Source of the DNA: an uncultured Methylomirabilota bacterium
GTDB taxonomy: Bacteria > Methylomirabilota > Methylomirabilia > Methylomirabilales > 2-02-FULL-66-22
NCBI GenBank assembly: GCA_963705305.1
Contig: OY970067.1
Span: 5,344,001-5,408,000, forward strand
Direction of reading: 5' to 3'
DNA length: 64,000 nucleotides
The translations under genes were made by a program, and so were the position numbers. Below are positions 9,561-19,065 of this stretch, piece by piece. Position 1 is the first letter of the stretch. Every line of letters starts with the position of its first letter. The notes under the pieces are model-generated. The model saw only the letters and a list, made by a program, of their open reading frames with translations. It ran no database searches and was not told the origin of the DNA.

Positions 9561-10202
9561 CTACTGCGATGGAGGCGGCGGGGTTCCCGGCGGCGGCACC
9601 GAGTAGCCCGTGGGCGGTGGGGGTGGCGTCCCAGGAGGCGGCACGGAATAACCCGGAGGCGGTGGGGGTGGCGTCATCCCTGGAGACGGCGCCGAATAGC
9701 CCGGCGGTGGTGGGGGAAGCGGCGCCGGGGTCGGATAGTAGCGCGGCTGAGTCCGTACCACTCCGGGGACCTGATTTCCCTTGGCATACATGCACTGCTC
9801 GTAGGCCATGTCGTAGCGGCGCTGCGCCTCCGCGGCGTTCATCTGATCGGCATTGGCGCCGACGGCTGAGCCGCCCAGCAGGCCCGTGGCGGCCCCGATC
9901 GCCGCCCCTGTGCCCGCATGGCCGGCGAGTGCGCCGAGTCCCGCGCCGAGCCCCGCGCCCACGGCGGTGCCCACGACGGCACCGACCGCGGTGTTCTGCG
10001 CCGCAGTCGGGCCGCCAGGTGCCCCCACTTGCTGGGCTGCCCACTGGCGACAGGAGGCATCCTCGGCCTGGAACTGCTCGAAGGACTTCCCTTGGGCGGG
10101 CAGCGCCATCACGCTTGGACCCGTCGGCATCGTGGCGCAGCCGCCGATGGCCACCGCGATGCCCCCAAATAGCACGACCCAGTGTCTTCGCATCGTCCGC
10201 AT
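9561..10202 (-). CDS. glycine-zipper lipoprotein with Pro-rich tail
   Basis: Lipobox-like IGGC, PTGPSVMALP, GAxxG zipper, YEQCMYAKGNQVP, poly-Pro tail. Confidence 0.85.
   Translation of the reverse strand: MRTMRRHWVVLFGGIAVAIGGCATMPTGPSVMALPAQGKSFEQFQAEDASCRQWAAQQVGAPGGPTAAQNTAVGAVVGTAVGAGLGAGLGALAGHAGTGAAIGAATGLLGGSAVGANADQMNAAEAQRRYDMAYEQCMYAKGNQVPGVVRTQPRYYPTPAPLPPPPPGYSAPSPGMTPPPPPPGYSVPPPGTPPPPPTGYSVPPPGTPPPPSQ
9570..9730 (-). repeat. intragenic tandem repeat encoding about 3x PPPPPGYSVPPPGT
   Basis: Three imperfect copies visible in the translation. Confidence 0.7.
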
Positions 10203-10221
10203 CACGCAGTCTCCTTTATCG

Positions 10222-10575
10222 CTACCGTGCCGGCGGGGCGGTTGGCGGGACGACCTGCATCCAGCCGCCCGGACATTGCTGGACGTACGGGTAGTACCCT
10301 TGCGGGTTCTGGCAGTAATACCAATACACCGGCGCCTGCGGCGGCGGCGCCGGCTGCTCATAAACAGGAGGTTGCTGGACAACCACGGGAGGCGACGGAT
10401 AGGTGTAATACGGGGGGGCCCAGTACGGGCCGGGGCCCCAGTACCCGGGGCCCACCCAGAGGGGGACATCGAAGTTAAAGAAGACTCGCCCGCGCGCCTC
10501 GCTGGGAACGGGACTGGCAAGCAGAAAGACCAACGCCACGACAATCAATGCGCCGCAGACAAGCATCTTCCGCAT
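10222..10575 (-). CDS. secreted proline/tyrosine-rich small protein
   Basis: Signal peptide; YWYYCQNPQGYYPYVQQCPGGW motif; GGAGG RBS. Confidence 0.85.
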   Translation of the reverse strand: MRKMLVCGALIVVALVFLLASPVPSEARGRVFFNFDVPLWVGPGYWGPGPYWAPPYYTYPSPPVVVQQPPVYEQPAPPPQAPVYWYYCQNPQGYYPYVQQCPGGWMQVVPPTAPPAR

Positions 10576-11230
10576 CTCAGCACCTCCATGCACGTTTCCC
10601 GGACTCGACTCCCACTCTCCGAGGCCTGGCCCGCCGGCAAGGCGCCCTCAGGCCCCACCATACCTGAAATAGATTCCTGTTTCCCCGACGTCTTGAATCG
10701 GGTATAGATAGTCTTGCAACGGGTGCTTTCGATTTCGCCCTCTCATTTGGCGGCATACTGATGTCTATAGCATGTTACGGCCGGGCGCACCACAATGTTT
10801 CATCGTGCACCGAATCCCTGTCGCCTCATAGGGCTGGCCTGGAAGTGGCATCCCCGTTGCGAGGGCCCCGTCGGGCCCGGCTTGCCCTCACGGCCCTGGT
10901 AAAAGGAGATTATTCCAGTAGTCGTTAAATTATTGAAACAATTGCTGCCCGCGGCCGGTAGGTCCTATTATGTACGGCAATTAGGCGGCTGATAATTCCC
11001 TTCTTCGGCGTTTCGATACCTGGAAGATGGAGTTCGATTGCGCGGGGTCTCCCTTAAGACCCCCGGTGGTTACCCGGCCTCGGGGCTATTATTTGTCCAC
11101 AACCCGGAGGATTGCACTCGGCTGTGGCTCCATCGGAGGAGCTTCTCCGGGGATGTCTGTGTTCTGGCGGAGAGGATGAGGGGGTTGGTCTGAAAATCGT
11201 GGCCGCACACAATGGGGCGGAGAGCGAATA

Positions 11231-12661
11231 ATGCGACGAGTGCTTAAGGTCCTGATCCTGGGAGTGCTTGGCCTGGCCGTGCTCGCCGGGGGCGCCTTGT
11301 GGTGGGAGCGGGACGCACGGGAGCCCCGGGTGACCTTCCGCACGGTCCCGCTCACCCGCGGGGACCTGGTTGCCGCGATCAATGCCACGGGGACGGTCGA
11401 GCCGGAGGAGGTCGTGGACATCGGGGCCCAGGTCTCCGGGTTTATCCAGTCCTTCGGCACGGACAAGAACGGGAAACCGATCGACTACGGATCGGTCGTC
11501 GGGGTCGGGACGATGCTGGCCAAAATTGACCCCACCCTCTATGCGGCCACTGTCGAGGCGGACAAGGCCCAACTGCAGCAGGCGCAGGCCAACCTGGCGA
11601 GCGCCATCGCCAACGTCCCCCAGATGAAGGCAAAGCTGGCGGAGGCCGCGGCAGACTGGGCACGTGCGCAGAAGCTCGGGCCGTCGGAGGCGCTGGCCCC
11701 GACTACCTTCGATCAGTATAAGGCCACTTACGAGGTGGCGCTGGCGAACGTGCCGATGGCCGAGGCCGCCGTCGACCAGGCCCGGGCGACCGTGGTGCAA
11801 GACCAGGCGGTCCTGGCCAAGGACCAGAAGACCCTTGACTATTGCACGATCACCTCCCCCGTCGAGGGAGTGATTGTCGACCGACGCGTGAATGTCGGGC
11901 AGACGGTGGTCTCCAGCATGAGCACACCCAGCCTGTTCCTCATCGCCAAGGACCTCAAGCGCATCCAGGTCTGGGCCTCGGTCAACGAGGCGGACGTGGG
12001 CCGCATCCACTCCGGGCAGCCCGTGGCCTTCACGGTCGATGCGTTCCCGGATCGGGTGTTCCACGGCCGGGTGGGCAAGATCCGCCTCAACGCCACCATG
12101 ACCCAGAACGTCGTGACCTATACCGTGGAGGTGAACACCGACAACAGCGACGGGACGCTGCTCCCCTACCTGACGGCCAACGCACGCTTCGAGGCCGGCC
12201 GCCGGCAGAATGTGCTCCAGGTGCCCAATGGCGCCCTGCACTGGACGCCCGCTCCGGGTCAGATCGCCCCCGAGCTGCGGCACCGGGGCGGGGGGCCAAC
12301 GGGGGCCGGTCGCGGGGAAAGCGGGAGCCCCCCGGCCGGGCACGGGACCGTCTGGGTGGAGCAGGGCCCCTTCGTCCGGCCGATTGAGGTGACCACGGGC
12401 CTGACGGACGGGGTGCAGACCGAAGTGAGCAGCCCCGAGCTCGCCGAGGGCCAGCAGGTCGTCGTCGGGGAGATGACCGCAGGGCTGGCGGGCAGCCCGG
12501 CCGCGACGGGCAGCGGGGCCAGCCCCTTTCTTCCGCAGATCCGATTCGGGCGGCGGGGACCTCAGGGTGGCCCGGGCGGTGGGCCGGGAGGACAGACCGG
12601 CACCGCACCCGGTGCGGCCGGTCCCGGGGGTCCGGGCGGCCCCCCACCCGGGCCCCGCTGA
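11231..12661 (+). CDS. MacA-like efflux periplasmic adaptor (membrane fusion protein)
   Basis: ATGTVEP, IGAQVSG, ITSPVEG, VNVGQTV, VNEADVG motifs; N-terminal TM. Confidence 0.93.
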   Translation: MRRVLKVLILGVLGLAVLAGGALWWERDAREPRVTFRTVPLTRGDLVAAINATGTVEPEEVVDIGAQVSGFIQSFGTDKNGKPIDYGSVVGVGTMLAKIDPTLYAATVEADKAQLQQAQANLASAIANVPQMKAKLAEAAADWARAQKLGPSEALAPTTFDQYKATYEVALANVPMAEAAVDQARATVVQDQAVLAKDQKTLDYCTITSPVEGVIVDRRVNVGQTVVSSMSTPSLFLIAKDLKRIQVWASVNEADVGRIHSGQPVAFTVDAFPDRVFHGRVGKIRLNATMTQNVVTYTVEVNTDNSDGTLLPYLTANARFEAGRRQNVLQVPNGALHWTPAPGQIAPELRHRGGGPTGAGRGESGSPPAGHGTVWVEQGPFVRPIEVTTGLTDGVQTEVSSPELAEGQQVVVGEMTAGLAGSPAATGSGASPFLPQIRFGRRGPQGGPGGGPGGQTGTAPGAAGPGGPGGPPPGPR

Positions 12662-12666
12662 CCCCC

Positions 12667-13551
12667 ATGGCGCTGATCACGTTGCGGGACATCTACAAGA
12701 CGTACTACCTCGGGGAAGTGGACGTCCCGGTGCTGAAGGGCGTTTCGCTCGAGATCAATCCGGGTGAGCTGGTGGCGCTGATGGGCGCCAGCGGTTCGGG
12801 GAAGAGTACGTTGATGAACATCCTCGGCTGCCTCGACCATCCCACGGCCGGGGAATATTGGTTCGACGGCAGCGAGATCTCCCGTCTGAGTGCGAAGCAG
12901 CGGGCCCGGCTGCGCAACCGGCGGATCGGCTTCGTGTTCCAGACCTTCAACCTCTTGCCGCGCACGAGTGCGCTGGAGAACGTGCTGATGCCGCTGACCT
13001 ATGCCAAGGAGGCCTTGAGCGAGGCGGAGATGCGGAGACGAGCAGCCGCGCTCCTGGACAAGGTGGGCCTGGCGGACCGGGGCCACCACCACCCCTCCCA
13101 GCTCTCCGGGGGGCAGCAGCAGCGCGTGGCGATCGCCCGATCTCTGATCAGTTCCCCGCAGCTTCTGCTGGCCGATGAGCCGACCGGCAACCTGGACTCG
13201 CGCACCAGCGAGGAAATCCTCCAGATGTTCCAGCACCTCAACCAGGCCGAGGGCATCACCATCGTCCTGGTGACCCACGATCCAGGGGTCGCCAGCCATG
13301 CGCACCGGACCATCCACATCAAGGATGGCCGGCTGGATGGGGGGGGGCGCCTCCGGCGCCCGGCCCGGCGGCATGAGAGCCCTGCGCACGGCGAAGACGG
13401 CCCTGCGGGCGATCCGTCGCAACGTCCTGCGCGCGGCGCTCACCATGCTCGGCATCGTCATCGGCGTGGCCGCCGTGATTGCCATGATGGAGATCGGCAA
13501 CGGCTCTTCGCTCGCCATCCAGCACACCATTGCCAGCATGGGGGCGAATAA
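12667..13551 (+). CDS. MacB/LolD-type ABC ATPase (3' end probably frameshifted at G9 run; likely true end about 13376)
   Basis: GASGSGKST, LSGGQQQRVAIAR, LLADEPTGNLD, VTHD; after DGRLD it runs out of frame over the permease start. Confidence 0.9.
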   Translation: MALITLRDIYKTYYLGEVDVPVLKGVSLEINPGELVALMGASGSGKSTLMNILGCLDHPTAGEYWFDGSEISRLSAKQRARLRNRRIGFVFQTFNLLPRTSALENVLMPLTYAKEALSEAEMRRRAAALLDKVGLADRGHHHPSQLSGGQQQRVAIARSLISSPQLLLADEPTGNLDSRTSEEILQMFQHLNQAEGITIVLVTHDPGVASHAHRTIHIKDGRLDGGGRLRRPARRHESPAHGEDGPAGDPSQRPARGAHHARHRHRRGRRDCHDGDRQRLFARHPAHHCQHGGE

Positions 13552-14749
13552 CCTCCTGGTCATGCCGGGGACGGCGGCCAGCGGCGGGGTGACGTTCGGG
13601 GTCGGCTCCGTCATGACGCTGACCCCCGAGGACGCCGACGCCATCCTCCGGGAAGCGCCGGCGGTGGCCAGCGTGGCCCCGGTTGTCCGGGCCCGCACCC
13701 AGCTTATCTATGGTAACCAGAACTGGGTGCCGATGTACATCTACGGGACCACGCCGGCGTTCCTGGTGGTGCGCGACTGGACCGACCTGGCCGAGGGCCA
13801 GGCGTTCACGGACCGGGACGTCCGCAGCGCCAACACCGTGTGCCTGTTGGGCCGGACCGTCGTGCGGCAGCTGTTCGGGGACGCGTCTCCCATCGGGAAG
13901 GAGATCCGGGTCCAGAACGTCAACGTCAAGGTCATCGGGGTCCTGCAGCAGAAAGGCGCGAACATGATGGGGATCGATCAGGACGACATCCTCCTGACAC
14001 CCTGGACGACGATCAAGTTCCGTGTGACCGGCTCCAACCTGACGGCGGTCAACCAGAGCAGCGCAACGACCTCCAGCACCACGACCGCCCTGCCCAGCGA
14101 TCTCTACCCGACCACGAGCGCGCCGGTGGCCCTCTATTCGACCCCCTCCACCACCCAGCAGACCGACACGCCGCAGCCCATTCGTTTCATCAACGTGGAC
14201 CAGATCCTGGTGGCCGCCCGCTCCGGCAGCCAGATTCCCGCCGCGATCGGGCAGATCACCCGGATCCTGCGCGAGCGGCACCGGCTCCGCGGCGATGCGT
14301 CGGACGATTTCCAGATCCGGGACATGACCGAGATCACGCGGACCTTGACCTCGACCACGACGCTGATGACCAAGCTGCTTCTCTGCGTCGCCATGATCTC
14401 GCTGGTGGTGGGCGGGGTCGGCATCATGAACATCATGCTCGTGTCGGTCACCGAGCGGACCCGGGAGATCGGCCTCCGCATGGCCGTGGGGGCCGAGCCG
14501 GGCGACATCCTGCGTCAGTTCCTGGCCGAGGCGGTCGCGCTGTGCCTGGTCGGCGGGTCGGTCGGCATCCTGTGCGGGCGGGGCAGCTCGTACCTGGTGG
14601 CGACCCTGCTGCACTGGCCGACGGCGGCGTCTGTGGGGGCGATCATCGCGGCCGTGGTCGTCTCGGCCACCGTCGGGATCGTGTTCGGATTCTATCCTGC
14701 CTGGAAGGCATCCCGCCTCGACCCGATCGAGGCGCTGCGGTACGAATGA
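13373..14749 (+). CDS. MacB-type ABC permease
   Basis: LTMLGIVIGVAAVI, VGGVGIMNIMLVSVTERTREIGLRMAVGA, PAWKASRLDPIEALRYE. Confidence 0.95.
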   Translation: MRALRTAKTALRAIRRNVLRAALTMLGIVIGVAAVIAMMEIGNGSSLAIQHTIASMGANNLLVMPGTAASGGVTFGVGSVMTLTPEDADAILREAPAVASVAPVVRARTQLIYGNQNWVPMYIYGTTPAFLVVRDWTDLAEGQAFTDRDVRSANTVCLLGRTVVRQLFGDASPIGKEIRVQNVNVKVIGVLQQKGANMMGIDQDDILLTPWTTIKFRVTGSNLTAVNQSSATTSSTTTALPSDLYPTTSAPVALYSTPSTTQQTDTPQPIRFINVDQILVAARSGSQIPAAIGQITRILRERHRLRGDASDDFQIRDMTEITRTLTSTTTLMTKLLLCVAMISLVVGGVGIMNIMLVSVTERTREIGLRMAVGAEPGDILRQFLAEAVALCLVGGSVGILCGRGSSYLVATLLHWPTAASVGAIIAAVVVSATVGIVFGFYPAWKASRLDPIEALRYE

Positions 14750-14756
14750 GGGGTCG

Positions 14757-16244
14757 GTGATGACAACTGGCGGAGGGCGCTGCGGACGTGTCCTGGTTGT
14801 CGGTGCCGCGCTGGCGGGGCTAGCCACCGGCTGTATGGTTGGTCCGGATTACCATCCTCCGGCGCTGACCGCGCCCGCGGCCTGGACCGGAGTGACGACG
14901 GCACCCGCCGCCCAACCGTCCGCCGTCAAAGCAGAGACCGCCGAGCTGACCCGCTGGTGGGAGCAGTTCAACGACCCGACTTTGACGGTCCTGGTCGAGG
15001 AGGCGGTCGCGGCAAACCTCGACCTTCATGTCGCCGAGGCCGCCCTCCGCCAGGCCCGCGCCGCCCGGGGGGTCGTGGCCGGGGGGCTCTGGCCGGGCGT
15101 CACCGCGTCGGCGGCGTATCAGCGCGGGCACACGGCCAACGTCAACCCGGGTAACCAAACCTCGGATCTGTACCAGTCCGACCTGGATGCCGTCTGGAAT
15201 CTGGATGTGTTCGGTGGTGTCCGCCGCAATGTCGAGTCGGCCTCCGCAAACATCCAGGTGGCCGCGGAAAATCTGCGCAACGTCCGGGTCAGCCTGGTGG
15301 CCGAAGTCGCGCTCAATTACGTGCAGCTCCGCGGCGCCCAGCAGCAGATCGTGGTCGCCACCGAGAACCTCCGCGCCCAGCAGCACACGGCCGAGATCAC
15401 CCGGCAGAAATACTCCGCGGGCTTCGTCAGCGGCCTGGACGTGGCGAACGCCGATGCCAGCGCCGCGACCACCGCCGCCCAGATCCCTGGATACGAGACG
15501 ACCGCCCGGCAGGCCATCTACACGCTGAGCGTGCTGCTGGCCCGCCCCCCGGCGGCCCTGCTGGAGCAGCTGACGCCGACCGGCCCGTTGCCGCACCCGC
15601 CGGCGGCAATTCCCGCCGGGCTCCCTTCGGACCTGCTGCGGCGCCGGCCCGACATCCGGGTGGCCGAGGCGCAACTGCACGCCGCCACGGCGCAGATCGG
15701 CGTGGCCACGGCCGCGCTCTTTCCCCAGTTTTCGCTGACGGGGTCGGTGAACTGGCAGAGCAACCTGCTGGGCAACTGGTGGAGCAACGTCAGCCGCTCG
15801 TTCGGGATCGGCCCCTCCGTGACGTGGCCCGTTTTCCAGGGCGGCGCACTTACGTCGAACATTCGCGTGCAGGAAGCCCTGCGGGATCAGGCCCTCCTCA
15901 CCTACCAAAAAACCGTGCTCGCGGCGTTCCAGGGTGTCGAGAACGCCCTGGTCGCGTTCGGCAACGAGCAGCAGCATCTCCAGACGCTGCGGGACGTGGT
16001 CGCCGCCAACCGCAAGGCGGTGGACCTCTCGATGCTGCAATACTCGGAGGGCCTAACGGAGTTCCTCAACGTCCTGGTGGCCCAGAACGCGCTCTACTCA
16101 GCCCAGGCCGCCGCGGTCCAGAGCGAGGCCGCCATTGCCACCGACCTGATCACCCTCTACCAGGCCCTCGGCGGCGGCTGGGACTTTGTCCCCGCCGGGT
16201 CCCCGGCAGCGCCCGCCGCCCCCTCACCCGGGAGCCGCGGCTAG
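14757..16244 (+). CDS. TolC/NodT/OprM family outer-membrane efflux lipoprotein
   Basis: GC-MVGPDY lipobox, WWEQFNDP, PSDLLRRRPDI, LYQALGGGW. Confidence 0.95.
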   Translation: MMTTGGGRCGRVLVVGAALAGLATGCMVGPDYHPPALTAPAAWTGVTTAPAAQPSAVKAETAELTRWWEQFNDPTLTVLVEEAVAANLDLHVAEAALRQARAARGVVAGGLWPGVTASAAYQRGHTANVNPGNQTSDLYQSDLDAVWNLDVFGGVRRNVESASANIQVAAENLRNVRVSLVAEVALNYVQLRGAQQQIVVATENLRAQQHTAEITRQKYSAGFVSGLDVANADASAATTAAQIPGYETTARQAIYTLSVLLARPPAALLEQLTPTGPLPHPPAAIPAGLPSDLLRRRPDIRVAEAQLHAATAQIGVATAALFPQFSLTGSVNWQSNLLGNWWSNVSRSFGIGPSVTWPVFQGGALTSNIRVQEALRDQALLTYQKTVLAAFQGVENALVAFGNEQQHLQTLRDVVAANRKAVDLSMLQYSEGLTEFLNVLVAQNALYSAQAAAVQSEAAIATDLITLYQALGGGWDFVPAGSPAAPAAPSPGSRG

Positions 16245-16310
16245 CCCCGCGGTGCGCCCCGACCCCTTTGCGTGGGACGGCTCGCCCCGGATTGGGGCCA
16301 GGGGTTGCCC

Positions 16311-16345
16311 TTTGCTCTCTGCCCTATGCCCTATGCTCCCTCCCC
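16311..16345 (+). repeat. short heptamer tandem repeat between convergent genes
   Basis: tgctctc tgcccta tgcccta tgctccc. Confidence 0.5.
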
Positions 16346-16356
16346 ACACCGGCCGG

Positions 16357-17393
16357 TCAGAGAGCGATATCCGGCCAGGTGTCGATCGGGTCGGTGGAGC
16401 GCACCACGTGCATCCCCGCGCCGGCGAATCGGCGGAAGGCCGCATCCGCCTCATCCGTGAAATCCACGACCCCGGGCACCACCACCGGCGACGTGCAGTC
16501 CTCCAGGAGGTACATCTTCTCGACCAGGCGCGGGTCCCGCGCCATAACCTCCGTGAGCAGGTCGTCGACGGTCCAGGCCACGCAGTGACTCTTGGCCTGC
16601 CCCGCGATGATCATCACGTCGAAGCTCAGCAGGCGCCGGAGGAACTCCGGATCGTGCGGAGCGATCGGCTCGCTCCCGGGTCCCTCCCGGACCTCGGGAT
16701 GCAAGACCGAGTAGTGCTCGGTCAGGGGGTTGTCGCCTTTGATCTGAAAGCGCGTCTGGCTGGCCCGCGCCACGCAATGGAAGAAGAGCGTCTCCTCCAC
16801 GGCCGACACCAACGCATGGCCGATCCCGCCGAGCATGGAATGGTACGGCCACACCGTCAGCGGGTACTTCCCGCGGCCGGCCAGCGTCCGCACGTAGTGC
16901 AGCGCGAACCGTTGGAGCCGCTGGATGTCCCCCCCGCCACGCTGGACGCCGCCACAGGATTGGGGCGCCACGCCCCCTCCTCGACATCTGCCGGCGAGAT
17001 GACCGTATGCGGCGCGGGGTGCTCGCCCGCGTCGTTGATCCAGAAGAGGGGATGAAAGATCTGAAGGGCGGTATGGGTGTCCATGGTCGGAACGATCTCG
17101 GTGATGAGGCCCATGTTCCGATACACGAACTCGCACAGGCGGATGTTGTCCTCCACCGCGCCGTTTCCCGACCGGCCGCCCACGAAGAGCTCGAACTCGG
17201 GGAGGCAGAACGTGTTTTGGCAGTCGACGATCACCAGGCATACGCGCGTCGCGTCGTCCGCCGCGGGCCGCAGATCGTGGCGCTTGGCCCAGGCTGCCGC
17301 CTCCTCGGCCCGCGCTTGGTAGGGAACCCGCCAGACCCTCCCGACCGCGCGCGGATCAAAGTGGGGCGGGACGGGAAGCTGCCGGGCGCTCAT
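16357..17393 (-). pseudogene. isochorismatase/nicotinamidase-like cysteine hydrolase split by a frameshift at a G7 run (possibly a sequencing error)
   Basis: N-half IVDCQNTFC and TMDTH; C-half [27 protein letters not shown]; adding one G at 16929-16935 joins them as ..VAGGDIQRL.. Confidence 0.85.
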
Positions 17394-17619
17394 GCCTCAC
17401 CGCCTGGTCCGCCCTCGCCGGTGCCGCTCCGGCAGAACTTCTCCTGCACGTCAGCGATGATCAACCCCTCCATCGCCGGACCTCCCGGGGTCATCATGGC
17501 TCTGCCCCATGGGGGCCATCTCGGCAGTGCAGCGGGACGGTCCTTCGTTGACCCAGTAGAGACACCGGAACGCCTGTTGCGCATCACGCGCCGCCGCTCC
17601 CCTGCGCCCCTGCCGGGTC

Positions 17620-18270
17620 TTATGCCGCCTGCTCCCGCATCTCCGCCACCGCCCCCCGCGGGTCCGGAGCGTGAAAGATCGCCGAGCCGGCCACCAGGAT
17701 CGTCGCCCCCGCCCGGACCACCTCCCGACAGTTCTCGATCCGGATCCCGCCGTCCACCTCCAGCTCCGGCCGCGGATTGATCCGCTGCAGCCAGCGGCCC
17801 AGCTCCTCCACTTTCTTGAGAACAAAGGGGATGAAGCTCTGCCCCCCGAACCCGGGGTTCACGGACATCAGGAGGACCAGATCCACCTGATCGAGGACGT
17901 TTTCCGCCGCGTGCAGAGAGGTGGAGGGGTTCAGCACCACGCCGGGCTTGACGCCGGCTTCCCGGATCTGCTGGATTGTTCGGTGCAGATGGGGACAGAC
18001 CTCGACGTGGACCGAGAGGTACGTGGCGCCCGCCTGGGCGAAGGCTTTGATGTATCGCTCCGGGTTCTGAATCATCAGGTGGACGTCCAGCGGGAGATGG
18101 GTCCGGCGGCGGATGGCCTCCACCACGACCGGGCCTACGGTCAGGTTGGGCACGAAGTGTCCGTCCATCACGTCCACGTGCAGCAGGTCCGCGACCGCCT
18201 CCACCTTGGCGATTTCCCCGGCCAGGTTGCCGAAGTCCGCCGACAGGATTGACGGAGCAATCTTGACCAT
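17620..18270 (-). CDS. rpe: ribulose-phosphate 3-epimerase
   Basis: IAPSILSADF, HVDVMDGHFVPN, MSVNPGFGGQ, EVDGGI. Confidence 0.98.
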   Translation of the reverse strand: MVKIAPSILSADFGNLAGEIAKVEAVADLLHVDVMDGHFVPNLTVGPVVVEAIRRRTHLPLDVHLMIQNPERYIKAFAQAGATYLSVHVEVCPHLHRTIQQIREAGVKPGVVLNPSTSLHAAENVLDQVDLVLLMSVNPGFGGQSFIPFVLKKVEELGRWLQRINPRPELEVDGGIRIENCREVVRAGATILVAGSAIFHAPDPRGAVAEMREQAA

Positions 18271-18312
18271 GGTCCCTCCTTCGGCCCGGAGCCACCCCTT
18301 CGGTCGCCGAAT

Positions 18313-19065
18313 CTATTCCCCGACGACGATTCGAACCTGCCCGCCGACCTTTACCTGCCCGCCCGGCGGCGGGTCCTGCGCGATCACACGCCCTTCACGG
18401 GAGGGGGCCCGCTCGAAGCCCATCCGCACCTCCAGCTGGAGCTCCTTCAAGAGGTTCAGCGCCGTCACCGTCTCCCGGCCCAGGAGGTCGGGAACCGTGA
18501 CCATGTCCTCCCAGGGCCCCACACTCTCCAGCAGATGGACCGTCTCCCCGCGGATGGCCATGGCCCCCTCGGGCGGATCCTGCGCGATGACCAGCCCCCG
18601 CGCGTGGACCTCCGAGTGGATCTCGGTGATGGGCCCCAGCGTGAGGCCCGCTTCGGCCAGGACCTGCTTGGCCTGGGACAGATCCATCCCTGCCACGTTG
18701 GGGACGGCCAGCCGGTCCGTTCCTCGGCTGACGAATAGACGCACCTCGCTGTCGGCCTTGACGCGCATGCCTCGCGGGGGGCGCTGCTGGGTGATATGCC
18801 CTTTGGGGATGGTAGAGCTGAACTCCTCGGCTGCCACATGGGGCGTCAGGCCGGCTTCGCGAAGCAGGGCGCCGGCCGCCACCGAATCCAGGCCCACGAC
18901 ATTGGGAACCTCGACTTTGTCCGGCTCCATCGACAGGTACATGGCCACGGCGAAGGAAACGAGGCCCAGGGCCGTGAAGCTCGTGAGGATGGCCGCGGCC
19001 TTCAGCAGCCGGTAGGCAAACCGGCGCAGCCGGGAGGGCCGATCTTCCGAATACAAGGTCAGCAT
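18313..19065 (-). CDS. membrane-anchored protein with three PASTA domains, no kinase domain
   Basis: TM helix followed by VPNVVG / VPNVAG / VPDLLG repeats with VIAQDP motifs. Confidence 0.9.
   Translation of the reverse strand: MLTLYSEDRPSRLRRFAYRLLKAAAILTSFTALGLVSFAVAMYLSMEPDKVEVPNVVGLDSVAAGALLREAGLTPHVAAEEFSSTIPKGHITQQRPPRGMRVKADSEVRLFVSRGTDRLAVPNVAGMDLSQAKQVLAEAGLTLGPITEIHSEVHARGLVIAQDPPEGAMAIRGETVHLLESVGPWEDMVTVPDLLGRETVTALNLLKELQLEVRMGFERAPSREGRVIAQDPPPGGQVKVGGQVRIVVGE

Noticed and set aside
11022..11070. GATGGAGTTCG resembling a fluoride riboswitch start
   Set aside because: The pairing CC and the downstream GCTRATGACTCC element are absent.
11093..11101. TTGTCCACA, a DnaA-box-like site
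   Set aside because: Single mismatched copy; no cluster or origin-linked genes.
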